Position numbers and translations under genes: made by a program
Source: Leucoraja ocellata
Lineage: Eukaryota
Length of the DNA stretch: 64,000 bases
Assembly: GCA_036785375.1 (NCBI GenBank)
Contig: JAWMAR010000032.1
Location: 11,346,001-11,410,000 of the forward strand
Direction of reading: 5' to 3'
Shown here: positions 25,628-39,220 of the stretch, one piece after another
How the letters are laid out: each line of letters begins with the position of its first letter
Position numbering within the stretch: position 1 is the stretch's first letter
The notes under the pieces: generated by a model
Database searches by the model: none
What the model saw: the letters and a program-made list of their open reading frames with translations, nothing else
Told to the model about the DNA's origin: nothing

Positions 25628-26209
25628 ACATATACGTTGGATAAACCACGGCTGTGTGGGGAACCATCGGAAAAATGAAATATGGTCTTACTGTGATTCC
25701 CGGAAAAACATTTTGAAATAGTGTCTAGGAATACAATAGTAATGAAATAGTCTCAAGAAGGGTCCCGACCTGAAATGTAACCTATCCATTTTCTCCTGAT
25801 ACTGCCTGACCCGCTGAGTTACTCCAGCTCTTTGTGTCTGATATTGAAATAGCATCTGTTTTCAGTAGTTTGTAACATCTTAATTTTTCCACATTCCAAC
25901 AACATAAGCCTTGCAGGCACCCACCCATTTTACCTAATCTGTTTGGTGTGGGTTTCCTGTTTCAAATTATAATTTACTTCAATGGAAAGTACTTCACAGT
26001 ATTACTGTTTAGCAATTTGTCCAATTGCATCTCGTGTATCTTGTTTTCACCATCAAAACTATTTAAAACTGATCTAGGTTTTATATGGTTTGACAGATAA
26101 AGCAACATCTAACTTGATGTCATTTATTTTTTAGACAAGCAATCTGTTTCTAACAGATCCCCATTGATAATCATTGTCAATGAGCTTTTAGTAAGTTAAG
26201 GAGCAGCAT

Positions 26210-26640
26210 TGGGCAATTTGGCCCATCATGTCTACTCCGCCATTCAATCATGACTGATCTTTCTTTCCCTCTCCACCCCACTCTCCTGCCTTCTCCTCAT
26301 AACCTCTGATACCCATATTAATCAAGAATCAGTAAACCTCCGCCTTAAAAATATCCATTTGACTTGGCCTCCACAGCTGTATGTGGCAATGAATTCCACA
26401 GATTCACCACTCTCTGATTAACAAAATTCCACCTCATCTTTCTAAAGGTACATCCTTTTATTCTGAGGCTGTGCCCTCTGGTCCTAGACTCTCCCACTAG
26501 TGGAAACATCCTCTCCACATCCACTCTGTCCAAACCTTTCACAATTCGGTAAGTTTCAAAACTCATCCTTCTAAACTCCAGCGAGCACAGGCACAGTGCC
26601 GTCAAACGCTCATCATATGTTAACCCTATCATTCGTGAGA
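26210..26640 (-). mobile_element. CR1 LINE 3' fragment
   Basis: RMIGLTYDERL...ESRTRGHSLRIKG...VVNLWNSLP on minus strand. Confidence 0.85.
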
Positions 26641-27329
26641 TCATTCTCACTTGATCATTTAGATCCAAATAAGTTACCAGCTAACCAAATGATGCTGCCT
26701 TAATGACAGAACAAATGATGTCGGTGTGACTTTAAATCCAAGCTCACCTGTGCAAGGAGGACCAGTTATCCTGCTGTAGAGCAGAGACCATCAACAGGGC
26801 TGAGATAGATCCTGTGTTGAACAGTAGCTACAGTTCAATCCAAGCCAATGATTCAAAGAATAAATCCTTCCCAGTTTTGGAGACATCACTGATACGCTTC
26901 CAAAACATGTGGATCAGCGATCATTGTCATTATGCTATTACAAAGGTAAGTCAGGTTTATAAGACTTTGCAAACAGTGTTGAGAGCAGTTGTGTATGTTA
27001 GTTTCAGGCTTAACGATCTTCCTGTGAACCAAAACAATGTTTTTGTTCTACCATGTGGGGAAAGCTTTACTAAAATATAATATGCCCCCCACCAGTTCAA
27101 AGCCAATAATTCGTTACCCTCTGATAAACCCTGATGGCACATCAGAGAGGCTGACATATGCCCCCTCTACTCTCAGTCTGAAGCAAGGTCCCGACTGCTG
27201 GAGTAACTCGGCGGGACAGGAAGCATCTCTGAAGAGGGAATGGGACGCACGGTTTCGTAGAAAAGAGTTAATGACCACTTTTCACTTGTAAATGGGAGCT
27301 GTTGGATACAGATATTATTGAATGTTAAA

Positions 27330-27628
27330 TGGCAGCATGGTGGCTCAGTGGTAGAGTTGCTGCCCCACTGTGCCAGGGACTTGGGTTTGATCCTGACTAC
27401 GAGTGCTATCTGTACCGAGTTTGTACATTCTCCCTGTGACCGCGTGGGTTTTCTCTGGGTGCTCAGGTTCCTTCCCACACACCAAGGACGTGTGGGTTTA
27501 TAAGTGAATTAACTTCGGTGAAGATTCGGTAAAGTGCTAGTGTACGTGGGGATCGCTGATTGGCGCTGTCTCGGTGAGCTGAAGGGCTTGTTTCCGCATT
27601 GTATCTCTAAACAAAATTAAAACTAAAC
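27330..27628 (+). mobile_element. V-SINE (HE1-like)
   Basis: Head, V-domain, tail. Confidence 0.85.
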
Positions 27629-28749
27629 AAAATGAGTTGTCACGGGATTGAAAGGTGCCAACAATGTTACAGTCTTGCCTGATCGCACAATTGGTACTGC
27701 GCATTATTCTAAATGTTGTACATAAGCTGTTAAACCCTAAGATGGAAGAAAGTCTGCAGCGGCACAAGGTGACATATTGGGAGGACGTGCGTATGGTAGG
27801 CAACTGTTAGCACTTGAGTCGAGCGGTATAATTGTGACTCTGTACTACCAGATGACGTGTGTAGATATCCAGCATGTCTTTGTTCTATGGCACTGTCCCT
27901 GCAAACAATTGCATGTAGTACAAGGTGATTCAGATTTCAATCTATAAGCCTCAGCATGCAGGTAGAGGTAAATGCCTGGACTTGAGCCGTCTGCATTCAC
28001 GTCGTTCAGCTTTACTGTATGGTGTGATGCTGGATCATTCTGACAGCGATGCCTAAGATATTTTTCATTTCTGGACTTTTCTAAGTGACGGAATAGAAAC
28101 ATTTATACGATATTTTTGATGATCGAACTTCTTTTAGTCTGCTGAGATAAAGAACACCCAAACTGCAAAAAGTGATCTTGAAGCTGGAAACGTGAACCTG
28201 CCTCGGGGTTGGTGGAACAGTCAGGGCGATACCTTTGAAGGCTGGAAGAAGAAAAGACTGATCCATGTTGCTTCAATTTCTTCTGGTCCTTCTGCATTGA
28301 ACTAGTACGTTGCTATTGCCCGTTCAAAGCATCAGCCAGTGTAAAACATAGGTGAACCAGCAGCTGCCAGCCGAGGATTATTGATGCCGACTTTCCTTAA
28401 TTTAACGTGGGCCCAGCACATTGCAAAAACATTAATAAGGGAATGTTGGCATGCGCTGTATATGGAAGAAATCCGCAGCAGTTTACTTCGATAACTCTTG
28501 GTTTCCTTTTTATCCTCAAAAGACTTTGTGGCCCCTTGATAAACCATTTGGATCACGTCAATAATCCACACCATATTGGAAGATGTTGACTTTAATTGGA
28601 AGATGCTGATTTTACCATCTCATAGAGTTTACAGATACTGCTGCACGGCACGACTAGCATTTGTAATTGTTCATTGGTGTATTTATTAACATTTCATGAA
28701 CATTGTAAAGTTTAATACAACCAATACGCTGTAACTGCAGTGAAATTGT

Positions 28750-28755
28750 AATAAA
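28750..28755 (+). terminator. Candidate polyadenylation signal of KBTBD11
   Basis: AATAAA at the end of a 1.1-kb repeat-free block, preceded by TGTA motifs and followed by a T/GT-rich stretch. Confidence 0.3.
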
Positions 28756-29029
28756 GAGCTTAAATACATCTGGCAATTTTTCATGATGTTTGATGAGATT
28801 ATGCAGATTATGTTGGATGTGGGACCTTCACGCAACAAATGACCTGACAAAGGCTCTTCCCTGGCACATTGATTCTCTCAGCATTTGGATCCGAGAAGTA
28901 GCCTCTTTTTCCAAACCAAAATGACATGTTGATCTAATCTTTTTACACATTGGAAGAAGAAAAATCATAAAGAATCGATACCTTTTGCCTTTTTAGGTGA
29001 ATCTCAAAATTACATCAATCATCAATTCA

Positions 29030-29440
29030 TGCCATAGGAGCAGATTTAGGCCATTCAGCCCATCATGTCTACGTCACCATTCAGTCATGGCTGATCTATC
29101 TTTCCTTCTCAACCCCATTCTCCTGCCGTCTCCCCATAACCCTTGATGCCCGTACTAATTAAGAATCTGCCAATTTTTGCCTTAAAAATACCTAATGACT
29201 TGGCCTGTACTGCCGTCTGTGGCAGTGAATTCCACAGATTCTCACTAAATAAATTCTTCCTCATCTAAGGATGCGTCCTTTTATTCTGAGGCTGTGCACT
29301 CTGTTCCTAGACGCTCCCACTAGTGGAAACATCCTCTCCGTATCAATTCTATCCAGGCCTTTAACTATTCGATAAGTTTCAGTGAGGTCCCACCTCATCC
29401 TTCTAAACTCCAGCGAGTACGGGCCTAGCGCTCATCACAC
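29030..29440 (-). mobile_element. CR1 LINE 3' fragment
   Basis: Same family as 26210-26640. Confidence 0.8.
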
Positions 29441-32299
29441 GTTAATGTTAGATGACATTAGAACTAGTAATGAAGAGTCTTTGACTCTTTGACACTTAAA
29501 TGTGGTAACACACAATTGCAGTCTAACTGGAAGGCTGGCAGAGGCCAAAGAGAATATCACGCTACTGTGATACGTGTATATTTGGTTCTGATGTTTGGTT
29601 CTGACATACATAATACAATTGGTCAATGAAAGAATGTACAACAACTGTTTGAAATGACTCATCTTTTTAGGAGCAATTTACAGAGACCGACTAACCTACA
29701 AACCCGCACGCCTTTGGGGAAACCGGAGCACCTGGAGGAAACCCCGCCAGTCACAAGGAGAACATGTAAACTCCACACGGACAGAACCCGAGGTCAGTAT
29801 GGAACATATGTCTCTGGCGCTGCAAGATAGCAGCTCTACCAGCTGCCCCATTGTGCTGCCTGAGAAGATGGACAAACTTTGGATGGTTTTCTCAGGGACA
29901 TTGAGGCTGAAGGGAGTCTTGATAGAAGTATATAAAATGATGAGGGACATTGGGGAGACCTTTTTCCTGAGGTGGAAATATCAAAGTCTAGAGGGCGTAG
30001 TGTTAAGGTGAAAGGGGCAAGTTTTGAAGGAGCTGTGGGTGTGTGTTTTCCTGATGCAGAGAGTGGTGGATGCCTGGAATGTGCTGCCAAGGGGTGCCTC
30101 ATGCACTAATAGTTAGTGGAGGCAAGCGTGACGGGGGCATCAGGCTTTTAGATCGGCACATGGATATGTAGGGAATGGGGGGGGGTGGTTCAGCACGGAC
30201 AATGTGGGCTGAAGAGCCTGTTCCTGTCCTGTAGTCTTCTATGTAATGGAGAAATACAACTAATAGAACTCTTTTCATGTCAGCAATCAGTTGGGGTGAT
30301 GCTTTGAGGAAGTTTCAATCAATGTTTGCTGTTCATACATTGTAAAATAGGCTCTTATAAGATGTGGCAGTACTACAAGGTACATTTCAATTTACAATTA
30401 TCTGCATAGAGGCTTCCTGTCATTATGTTTACTGTAAACAAATCATTTGTTATAATCTATTGAACTAAACGTTCAACTCGGGTTGAAGTACATACAGCAG
30501 TGTCTTGCCCAGAGTAGGGGAATCAAGAATCAGAGGACATAGGTTTAAGGTTGGGGGGGGGGGGGATTTAATAGAAATCTGAGGAGTACCTTTTTCAGGC
30601 ATAGAATGGTATGGAACCAACTGACAGAGGAGGTAGTTGAGGCAGGTTTTATTGCAACATTTAAGAAACATTTGGACAAGTACATGGATAGGACAGGGTT
30701 AGAGCGATATGGGACAAACGTAGACTAGTGTAGATGGGACATGTGGGCCTTGGGCCGAAGGGCCTGTTGAAAGTTGTATGACTCTATGACTATGATTAAG
30801 TATTTAATACAATTTTTCCTTTGCACAAACTTCCATTTTTCCAAGTTATCCATATATGTATAAAACAAGCACAGATAACAGTTCACACCCACAGGCCATC
30901 CCAAGGCCAATTCCAGTTGTAAATTCTTAAAATCTCGACAGATGTCAATAAATATAAACAACCTAGGTCACTGGTTACATTTAATATTTACATTATGATT
31001 TCCACTGGTTTCCTCCCACACTACAACGACATACAAGTTTGTAGGTTCATTGGCATCGGTGCAAATTGTAAATTGTCCCCAAGGTGTAGGGTAGTGCTAG
31101 CGATCGTTGGTCAACATGGACTCAGTGGGCTGAAGGCCCTGTTTCCACACTGTATCTCTAAACTAAAAGCCAAAGACCTACCAGTTAAGACCAGTTCACC
31201 TGTATTTTAACAAGGAATAAGTGACGTTTTGGATCGAGACCCAAAGAAGGGTCTGAAGAAGCATCTCGATCTAAAGAAACACCTCCAGAGATGCTGCCTG
31301 ACCCACTGAGTTACTCATTTTTTGTGTCTGTCAATGGTTCAATGGTTCTTGACTGTCACGTCTACCATGGTACAGTGAAATTCTTTTGCATACAGATCAT
31401 GTAAGATTATCGCCATAGGTAAGTACAATCGCAGAGTGTATAGAAACAGACACATGAGTCCTTATGCAAAAGTCCTTCCTCAGACCCTTCTTCGGGTCTC
31501 GACCCAAAACGTCACCTATTCCTTTTCTCCAGAAATGCTGCCTGACCTGCTGAGTTACTCCAGCTTTTTGTGTTTGCCTTTGGTTTAAACCAGCATCGGC
31601 AGTTCCTCCCTACGCATTGAAGCATTGAACAATGTTTCCACTGGGTGGTGCAGTGGCCACTCTAGTCTCCTTGATCCATGAAGAAGTCAGTGGTTAGCTG
31701 CACGAACACTGCAATATTAGGAGGCCAGGCCATTTCATCTCCACTCCGCTCAATGAGGCATGCGAACGGTTTGTGTACAATTCCAAAGACTTGTGCTTCT
31801 GCAGCTCTCTTTGAAAGACTATTCCACCTTCTGACCAACATACAGAAGAAACTTCTGACCATCACCTTAATCGTGACACACCACAGCTGTTGTACTGAAA
31901 AACTGAATTCAACAATTTTAGCTGATCCAGTTTGGACTAAAGGCTGATGGAAGGTTGTCCATTTTTACCACCAACTCATGTGCAAAGACCCCAACTCTTT
32001 CTCCACTACCAGTGACGACTGCAACCATGCAGAACCGCACGGTGGCAGAGTACCTGCCCTACAATGCCTGAGACCCGGGTTTGATCCTGACTACCAGTGG
32101 TACACTTTGTACACTGTCCCTGTGATCACGTGGGACTTCACTGGTGCTCCGGTTTCATCCCACATTCCAACGATGTGCAGGTTGGTTGGTTAATTGGCTT
32201 TGGTAAAGATTGTAAATTATCCCTAGTGTGTAGGATAGTGCTAGTGTATTGCTGGGGTAACTGCTGGCCGGCGTGGACTGATAGCTTTTTTCAGCACTA

Positions 32300-32525
32300 T
32301 TATTTCATCAACTCGATCACTAACTCCACCCTGTCCTGAAATTAACTATCTCTGACACCTCTCCCCCCTTTCTCGACCTTTCTGTCTCCATCACAGGGAA
32401 TAGACTATCGACTGACATCTGCTACAAAAGTACCGACTCCCACAACTATCTTGACTACATCTTCTCTCCCCCTGCCTCTAGCAAGGACACAATACACCCA
32501 CTTCCAATTTCTCCGTCTCTGCCAC
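32300..32525 (+). mobile_element. Penelope-like element reverse transcriptase C-terminal fragment
   Basis: ISDTSPPFLDLSVSITGNRLSTDICYKSTDSHNYLDY...SKDTI, then frameshifted SQFLRL; typical PLE FLD/YxKPT/SQFLRL motifs. Confidence 0.75.
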
Positions 32526-32936
32526 AAATGGCACCATTTTGTACAACTTAAGTCCAAATGTTAAGAGTCTTAACTTGACCCTAAATGTCAGCGGTACTGG
32601 GTTGGCGTTGCATGGGCCAACTTGGCCATGCCATGATGTCCACCGTCCACTGCTGCTCTGCAGGCCGCGCCCGAACTGTGAGCTTGGCCACTTGTAGAGG
32701 GTGCCTGATCTAATTCAACCCCGGGCTGCTGCAGGGCCTCCAGCGGCCCATTCCACCCCCATCTTGATCCAGGCATGCTGACCCATGATCCCATGGTACG
32801 AATAGACATGTGTGGGGTGGAACAGATGCGTTCGGAGACCTGTTGGCCATGGCTGAGGGGGGGCTATGGCATGGAACAAAGGAATACGCCTTATACAGGG
32901 ACTGGTATTGTCACTGCAGAGCTGGATGAACTGCCT

Positions 32937-33249
32937 AGTTTTAGTTTAGAGATACAGTGCAGAAACAGGCCCTTCGGTCCTCCGAGTCGGCACCAGCCAG
33001 TGATCCCCACACATTAATACTATCATGCAGGGACACCAAAAACTAGGGACGATTTACAATGATACCAAGCCAATTAGCCTACAATCCTGTACGTCTTTAG
33101 AGTGTGGGAGGGAGCCGGAGATCCCGGAGAAACCCCACCAAGGTCACGGGGAGAACACACAAACTCTGCACAGACAGCACCCATATTCAGCACCGAACCT
33201 GGGTCTCTGGCGCTGTGAGGCAGCAACTCTACCGCTGCGCCACCGTGCC
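32937..33249 (-). mobile_element. V-SINE (HE1-like), full length
   Basis: Reverse complement of head, V-domain and tail. Confidence 0.9.
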
Positions 33250-33659
33250 ACAACTTAGTTTATTGTGGCCCATATACCAATGGGGAAGAGGTGAACGGGA
33301 CAGTATCCTAGCTTATGGAAGGACTATTTAGCAAGTCAGGCAGCATCTTTGGAGATAAATGGAAGAGGCAGCACTGTGGCGCAGCGGTAGAGTTGCTGTC
33401 TGACAGCAATCCTGACTACGGGTGCTGTGTATGAACTTTGTACCTTCTCCCTGTGATGGTGTGGACTCTCTCCGGGCGCTCTGGTTCACTCCCACACTCC
33501 AACAACGAGCAGGTTTGCAGTTTAATTGGCTTCTGTACACTGTATATTGCCCCTAATGTGTAGAATCGATTCTCGATTGGACATCGTCTGCCCATTTCCC
33601 TCCACAGATGTTCCTCCAGCTGCTCTCCTTTTTGTTCCTACCGATTCCAGCGACCAGTC

Positions 33660-34440
33660 CCTTAGTTTAGTTTATATTGTCATGTGTACTGAGGCACAGT
33701 GAAAAGATGTTGTCTGCCTGCTACCCAGTCAACGAAAAGGCCATACATGATTACAAGCGAGCCGTCCTTGCTGTACAGGTTATAGGTCTAGGGGACAATA
33801 CTTAGTGCAAGATTCAAGTCAAATGAAGTCCAATTAGTTCGGATGTCTCCAACGAGGTCGATGGGAGGTCAGGGCCGCTCTATAGCTGACATTAGGAGGG
33901 TCCAGTTGCCTGATAAGAGCTGGAAATAAACTTTCACTTCTGTACGTCTCTCTTAGGAGAGGGGAGAAGAGGGAGTGATAGGTGTGAGACTGGTCCTTGA
34001 TTATCCTGCTGGCTTTGTCGAGGCAGCGTGAAACATAGAAACATGGAAAATAGGTGCAGGAGTAGGCCATTCGGCCCTTATATGATCATGGCTGATCATC
34101 CAACTCAGTATCCTGTACCTGCCTTCTCTCCATACCCCCTGATCCCTTTTGCCACAAGGGCCACATCTAACTCCCTCTTAAATATAGCCAATGAAATGGC
34201 CTCAACTACCTTCTGTGGCAGAGAATTCCAGAGATTCACCACTTTCTGTGTGAAAAATGTTTTTCTCATCTCGGTCCTAAAATATTTCCCTCTTATCCTT
34301 AAACTGTGACCCCGTGTTCTGGACTTCCCCAACATCGGGAACAATCTTCCTGCATCTAGCCTGTCCAACCCCTGAAGAAGTGACGTGTGGATGGAGTCAA
34401 TGGATGGGAGGTTGCTTTGCGCGATGGTCTGGGCTGTGTC
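33660..34440 (-). mobile_element. Rex1/Babar 3' part interrupted by a CR1 3' fragment (34030-34372)
   Basis: Rex1 peptide AQTIAQSNLPSIDSIHTS|RCLDKASRIIKDQSH is split by CR1 GLDRLDAGRLFPMLGKSRTRGHSLRI... Confidence 0.75.
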
Positions 34441-36984
34441 GTGGGGATGGCATGTGTGTACCCGCCGCAGCACATTGGAGAGCGGCACACTCGAGACTTT
34501 CTGTGTAGTGGAGAATACATCAGCCGTTGTCTAAAGTAAACAAATAAAACCAGAGAAAAGGGACACAAAGTGTCAGAGGAACTCAACGGGTCAGGCAGCA
34601 TCTCTGGAGAACATGGATGGTCCAGACCCTTCCTCAAACTTGCTTCTAGCCAGTCTGAAGAACAGTGCCGACCCGATGGTGGTACAAGCCGATGAAGGGA
34701 TCCAGGCATATCACACATGCAGATTTGATTCACTGCTTGACCCACTCTGTGAATAGTCGAACGCAACTACAAACACTTAAAACTTTAAAAGGTATTCTGC
34801 CCTAGATATATTTAAAATCTAAACGCAAGCAACTGCAGACGCTGGTTTACAAAACACAAACATACTGTAATGTTAGAGTAACTCAGTGGAACAGACAGCA
34901 TCTGTGGAGGGTAATAGAGCGACCACGTTTCGGGATGGGACCCTTCTTCACACTGGTTGCATTAAGGGGGAGAAAGCTTTATTTAAAAACCATTGTTTCA
35001 TCCAAAGTTACAAAACTCCTTGAATATAATCCAAAACACAATGTGCTGGAGGAACTCAGCTGACCAGGCCAGTTAGTATCCGTGGGGGGAAATATATGGG
35101 CGATGTTTCAGGTCGCGTTCCTTTCGGTTTAGAGATACAGCATAGAAACCGGCCCTTCGGCCCACTTATTCACGCCTACCATCGATCACCCGTTCACACA
35201 GGATCTATGTTAGAACCACGTTCACGTTCACGTCCACTTCCACCACACCAGGGGCAATTTACAGAGGGCCAATCAAACTACAAACCCGCACATCTTTGGG
35301 ACCTGGGAGGAAACCTGATCACAGGGTGAACATGCAAACTTAGCACAGACAGCATCCGAGGTCAGGATCGAACCCGGGTCTCTGGTGCTGTGAGGCAGCA
35401 ACTCCACCAGCTGTGTCACTGCGCTGCTCATCTTCAGACTGAGCTTCCCCACCCTAGTCGTTCATCTCGTTTCACTGGCGCCTTGCGTCACTCTTTGTAT
35501 CCACTCGTCCTATCTTCTCCATAGCCAACAATGGACCATTGTGGGCTCCATCTTTCTCTGGTCCTCGTTGCCGGCTTTGATCTGCCCTTTTGCATATCTT
35601 TCATTCATTTGTTTTTTTATACCATTTCACACCTCTAGTTTCCCTCTCCCCCGACTCTCAGTCTGAAGAAGGGGCTCGACCCGAAACGCCACCCATCCCT
35701 TCTCTCCATAAGATACTGCCTGACTCGTTTAGTTACTCCAGCACGGAGTTACTCCATTATACAAAATCATGAGAGGAATAAGTCAGGTAGACGCACAGAG
35801 TCTCTTGCCCAGAGTACGGGAACCAAGAAGCAGATGACATAGGTTTAAGATGAGGGGAGAAGATAAGAAGGCGGTCGGTGGGTGTATGGATCGACCTGCC
35901 GGACGAGGTAGTTGAGGCAGGGACCATGGCAACGTTTAAGAAACATTTGGACATGTAGATGGATGGGGTAGGTTTAGAGGGATATGGACCAAATATAGGC
36001 AGGTGGGACTACTGTAGATGGGACATGTTGGTCAACATAGGCAAGTTGGGCCGAAGGGCCTGTTTCCACGCTGTATGACTCAATGGCCCATTCTGTGCCT
36101 GTCTTCAGTGTTAACCAGCATCTACAGTTCCTTCCTCCCAATTGTCCCTTGTTGATTCCAATGCTTGCCACAAGGGCAGTGGCGCTGGGCGGCTTTGTGG
36201 ACAGTTAATGGAGAGCTGAAGCTTGGTAGATGCCCAGGGCGGATGACTGGTAGAGGAGGAAGGGTTTCTGCGCCCAGAGCAACGGGGGAGGGCGCCTTGA
36301 GGCAGTTGTGGGGCTTAAAGCAGCGCCCAGGCCTGCCTCTGACGTCTTGGCCATGTTCCTTGGGAAACCGGATCGCGCGTGTAAGATGATCGCCACTGTT
36401 CCTTACTTCATTTAACATCGGCTCACTCAGCAACTTTCTCCCCCCCCCCCCCCCCCCACCCCCCTCCCCCGCCCCACCGTACACAGACTGTCCATAAAGA
36501 GGACAGACGTACCAAAAACAACATCTCTGTCCCTTTAGTATTTGACCAAATAACCCTGGGTATAAAGTCAGCTTCGAAACAGCTCTATTTCCCAGCCGGA
36601 GGTGTTGGCAGGGAAATGGATCAAGGCTGTGGGGTGTTCTACAAACATTGACGTCGTTACTGAGAACTCCGAGAGCCCTCCGGGCAAATTAAAGGTGATT
36701 AAGAGGTGACCCCCCCTCCCCTCCCCCGGGGGTCAAGAAATATCCAGCTGAGCTAAACTAAGGTGGGAGATGAGAAGTGAGCGCTAAATTACTAGCCCGG
36801 GATGCAGGTCGCTTTTTACATTCAATGCACAATGTTAGAGAGGCTGGATCAAGTGTAGCAATATGTACCTGTGTTTGAAAGCTGGCCGTCTAACTCTACA
36901 ACATATTAATGTAGTGGGTCTGTGTTGTATTTAGTGGGGAAATACGGATCCGAATATTGTACCGACCCGGCGTAAGACGAGCGG

Positions 36985-37025
36985 CGCTTCTATATATAAC
37001 GGCGCTCCTCGCCTTAAAAGGGAGC
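36985..37025 (+). promoter_or_regulatory. Muscle-type core promoter of MYOM2 (MEF2/TATA + CArG box)
   Basis: CTATATATAA (36990-36999) fits YTA(W)4TAR; CCTTAAAAGG (37012-37021) fits CC(A/T)6GG; within a CpG-rich region upstream of a strong donor. Confidence 0.65.
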
Positions 37026-37162
37026 GCTAGCTGAACGGGCATTCCGACACCCAGTCTAATTTCTGTTTTTGTCAGCCGGAGACCATCGCGGCCGAGCCGA
37101 CGGATCGATCTCGCGACCTGCATCTTTCCACTTTTTTCTCCCCTCTCCCTCCACATAATTCG
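37025..37162 (+). other. MYOM2: Probable non-coding exon 1 of MYOM2 (start approximate)
   Basis: ATG-free CpG-rich segment ending at TCG|GTGAGT (GT at 37163); the ATG-containing exon at 48610 has an acceptor, so an upstream exon is required. Confidence 0.55.
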
Positions 37163-37841
37163 GTGAGTCTTTGCTTTCGCGAGCGGCGAGGGAAGGTCGG
37201 TGATATCGCGGGCAACCCGAAGCGGAGAAGAGCAAGGTTTGGGAGAAGCTTCCGCACCTCTTTCGCCTCCCTCCGTCCTGAAGACACTGGGTATCTCGGC
37301 AGCTCCCCCGCTACAAGACGTCGCTTCTTTCATAGAGATTAATGGGTGCATGGAACGAGCTGCCGGGGGAGGTGGTTGAGGCAGGGACTATCACAACGTT
37401 TAAGAAACATTTGCACGGATAGATGGATAGGACAGCTTTAGAGGGATATGGGCCAAACGCAGGCAGGTGGGACTGCTGTAGATGAGACATGTTGGTCAGT
37501 ATGAGCAAGTTGGGCCGAAGGGCCTGTTTCCACATTATATGACTCTTTGACTCTAAATCCGAGCCTGTGGCAGTTAGCATCGATTAGTTATCTGACCCTG
37601 CCACCACCACCCCCCCCCCCCCCCCACCCCCCTGCCACCCCCCCCCCCCCCCTGTTTAATTTGTTGCCAGGTTAGCGGTTTGAATTAATGACACATTGCT
37701 CTGTTAGAAATGCATTTGGACCTGTTGCAACTTCCCTTACATGCAACACACACTTGACTTTGACGTTGACAACGTGTACGAGTTCTCCCAGTAGATCTGA
37801 TCAAGAAGCTGCTCCGAATTCCGAGTGCTTGTCGCGGTTGG

Positions 37842-37851
37842 CTAAAAATAA
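37842..37851 (+). promoter_or_regulatory. MEF2 site in MYOM2 intron 1
   Basis: CTAAAAATAA, the classic muscle creatine kinase enhancer MEF2 sequence, in a CpG-rich context. Confidence 0.5.
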
Positions 37852-38719
37852 TATTTGAAGGCACTCCGTCTTGCCTCTTGCCCATGAGCGGAGAAACTGC
37901 GGCATCGGGAGGCGGGGATGGGGGGCGAATCGGAGCCCCAAGTACCGTGGTCGCCAAAACCAAACCCGGGGCAAAGTAGGGCGACTGAGTTTGGCTGACG
38001 GCGCCACACAAGAGGTGGTGTGGGCGTGGAACCGCGAGAAACAGGGAACTAACTGATCGGTAGAAGATAGACACAAAAAGCTGGAGTAACTCAGCGGGTC
38101 AGGCAGCATCTCTGGAGAAAAAAAGTGATGGGTGACGTTTCGGGTCGGAATGCCTTCTGCAGGGTCTCGTCCTGAAACGTCACTTATGTTGTTATAGAAT
38201 TGAAGGATGTTTTGGCGGAGGTCCCTGAGCAGGGATTACGTTGTTCCTATTAGTGTTTGGTATTTGGGAGCGGCAGGAGTGGGAGAGGGGTGGGTGTTAA
38301 ACTGTAGTTCTGGGTCTCCAATCAATCACACCAGCTGGTGTTAATATCTGTGTATATTTCGGGCTACGCCGCTACCGTGAACGCTCCCGTTCTCCTCGCT
38401 GTGTATAAAATTGTGTAAAAACAGCCCCTTCATCAGTTCACCCCTTCCAGTATTGGTGGAAAACGTTCACATTGCTTCCGCCTCATCCCAACTACATAGA
38501 CGTGGGAAACAGACCCAAAGTACTGGAGTAACTCAGCGGGTCAGGCAGCATCTGTGGAGAAAATAGTCGGGACCCTTTTTCAGACTTTTTCCCCACTGGG
38601 AAAGTCCCCTATCATTTTCTCCAGAGATGTTGCGTGACCCGCTGAGTTGCTCCAGCATTTTGTGTGTATCTTTGGTATTAACCGGCATCTGGGGGGTATT
38701 GGTTTTGTCTTTGCGTTCC

Positions 38720-39040
38720 TATTGTTATATATACACTATAACATATAACAATTAATAACCATTAAAACAATTAAAAACCTATTTTATATATATATAAACA
38801 ATAATGGTGCAAAGACCAAAATAATTTCCCCCAAGTCTATTTATATAACAATTATCAACATTTTTTAAAATAAACTATTGTGTTTAAAAACTAATATATA
38901 AAGCAAATAGTTTAAACAAAATCTTAATTGTTAACAATTGTTTTAAAATGTTAATAATCATTTTAAATATATATATATATATAGACCTTTTGTTTTAGGT
39001 GTATATATAATGTTAAATTATGTTTAAAACTGTTATATAA
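38720..39040. repeat. AT-rich low-complexity tract with (TA)n
   Basis: Very A/T-rich, with short degenerate aacaatta repeats. Confidence 0.7.
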
Positions 39041-39220
39041 ACCGGTAGGACTCGTGTATTTTGGACTGAGGGGTGTTATGGAGTTGTGATGGAGCTAAAG
39101 CTGTGTGTGTGGACATGAAGTTATGGTCTTTGTACACCTGGAAGAGATGTTTGGGTCAGTGATGTGTTCAGTGGGTGTGGGTGAGATGCACCGGCACACA
39201 TCCACATTGGTCATTACACG

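Noticed and set aside
27845-28589. Cluster of short ORFs in a repeat-free block (possible pseudogene or viral insert)
   Set aside because: No recognisable domain or consistent frame or strand; better explained as UTR or non-coding sequence.
37600-37655. Poly-C/poly-G tracts (also about 6590, 14061, 36440, 41687) as functional G-quadruplexes
   Set aside because: Homopolymer runs are ubiquitous here, including inside dead repeats, and run lengths may be assembly-dependent.
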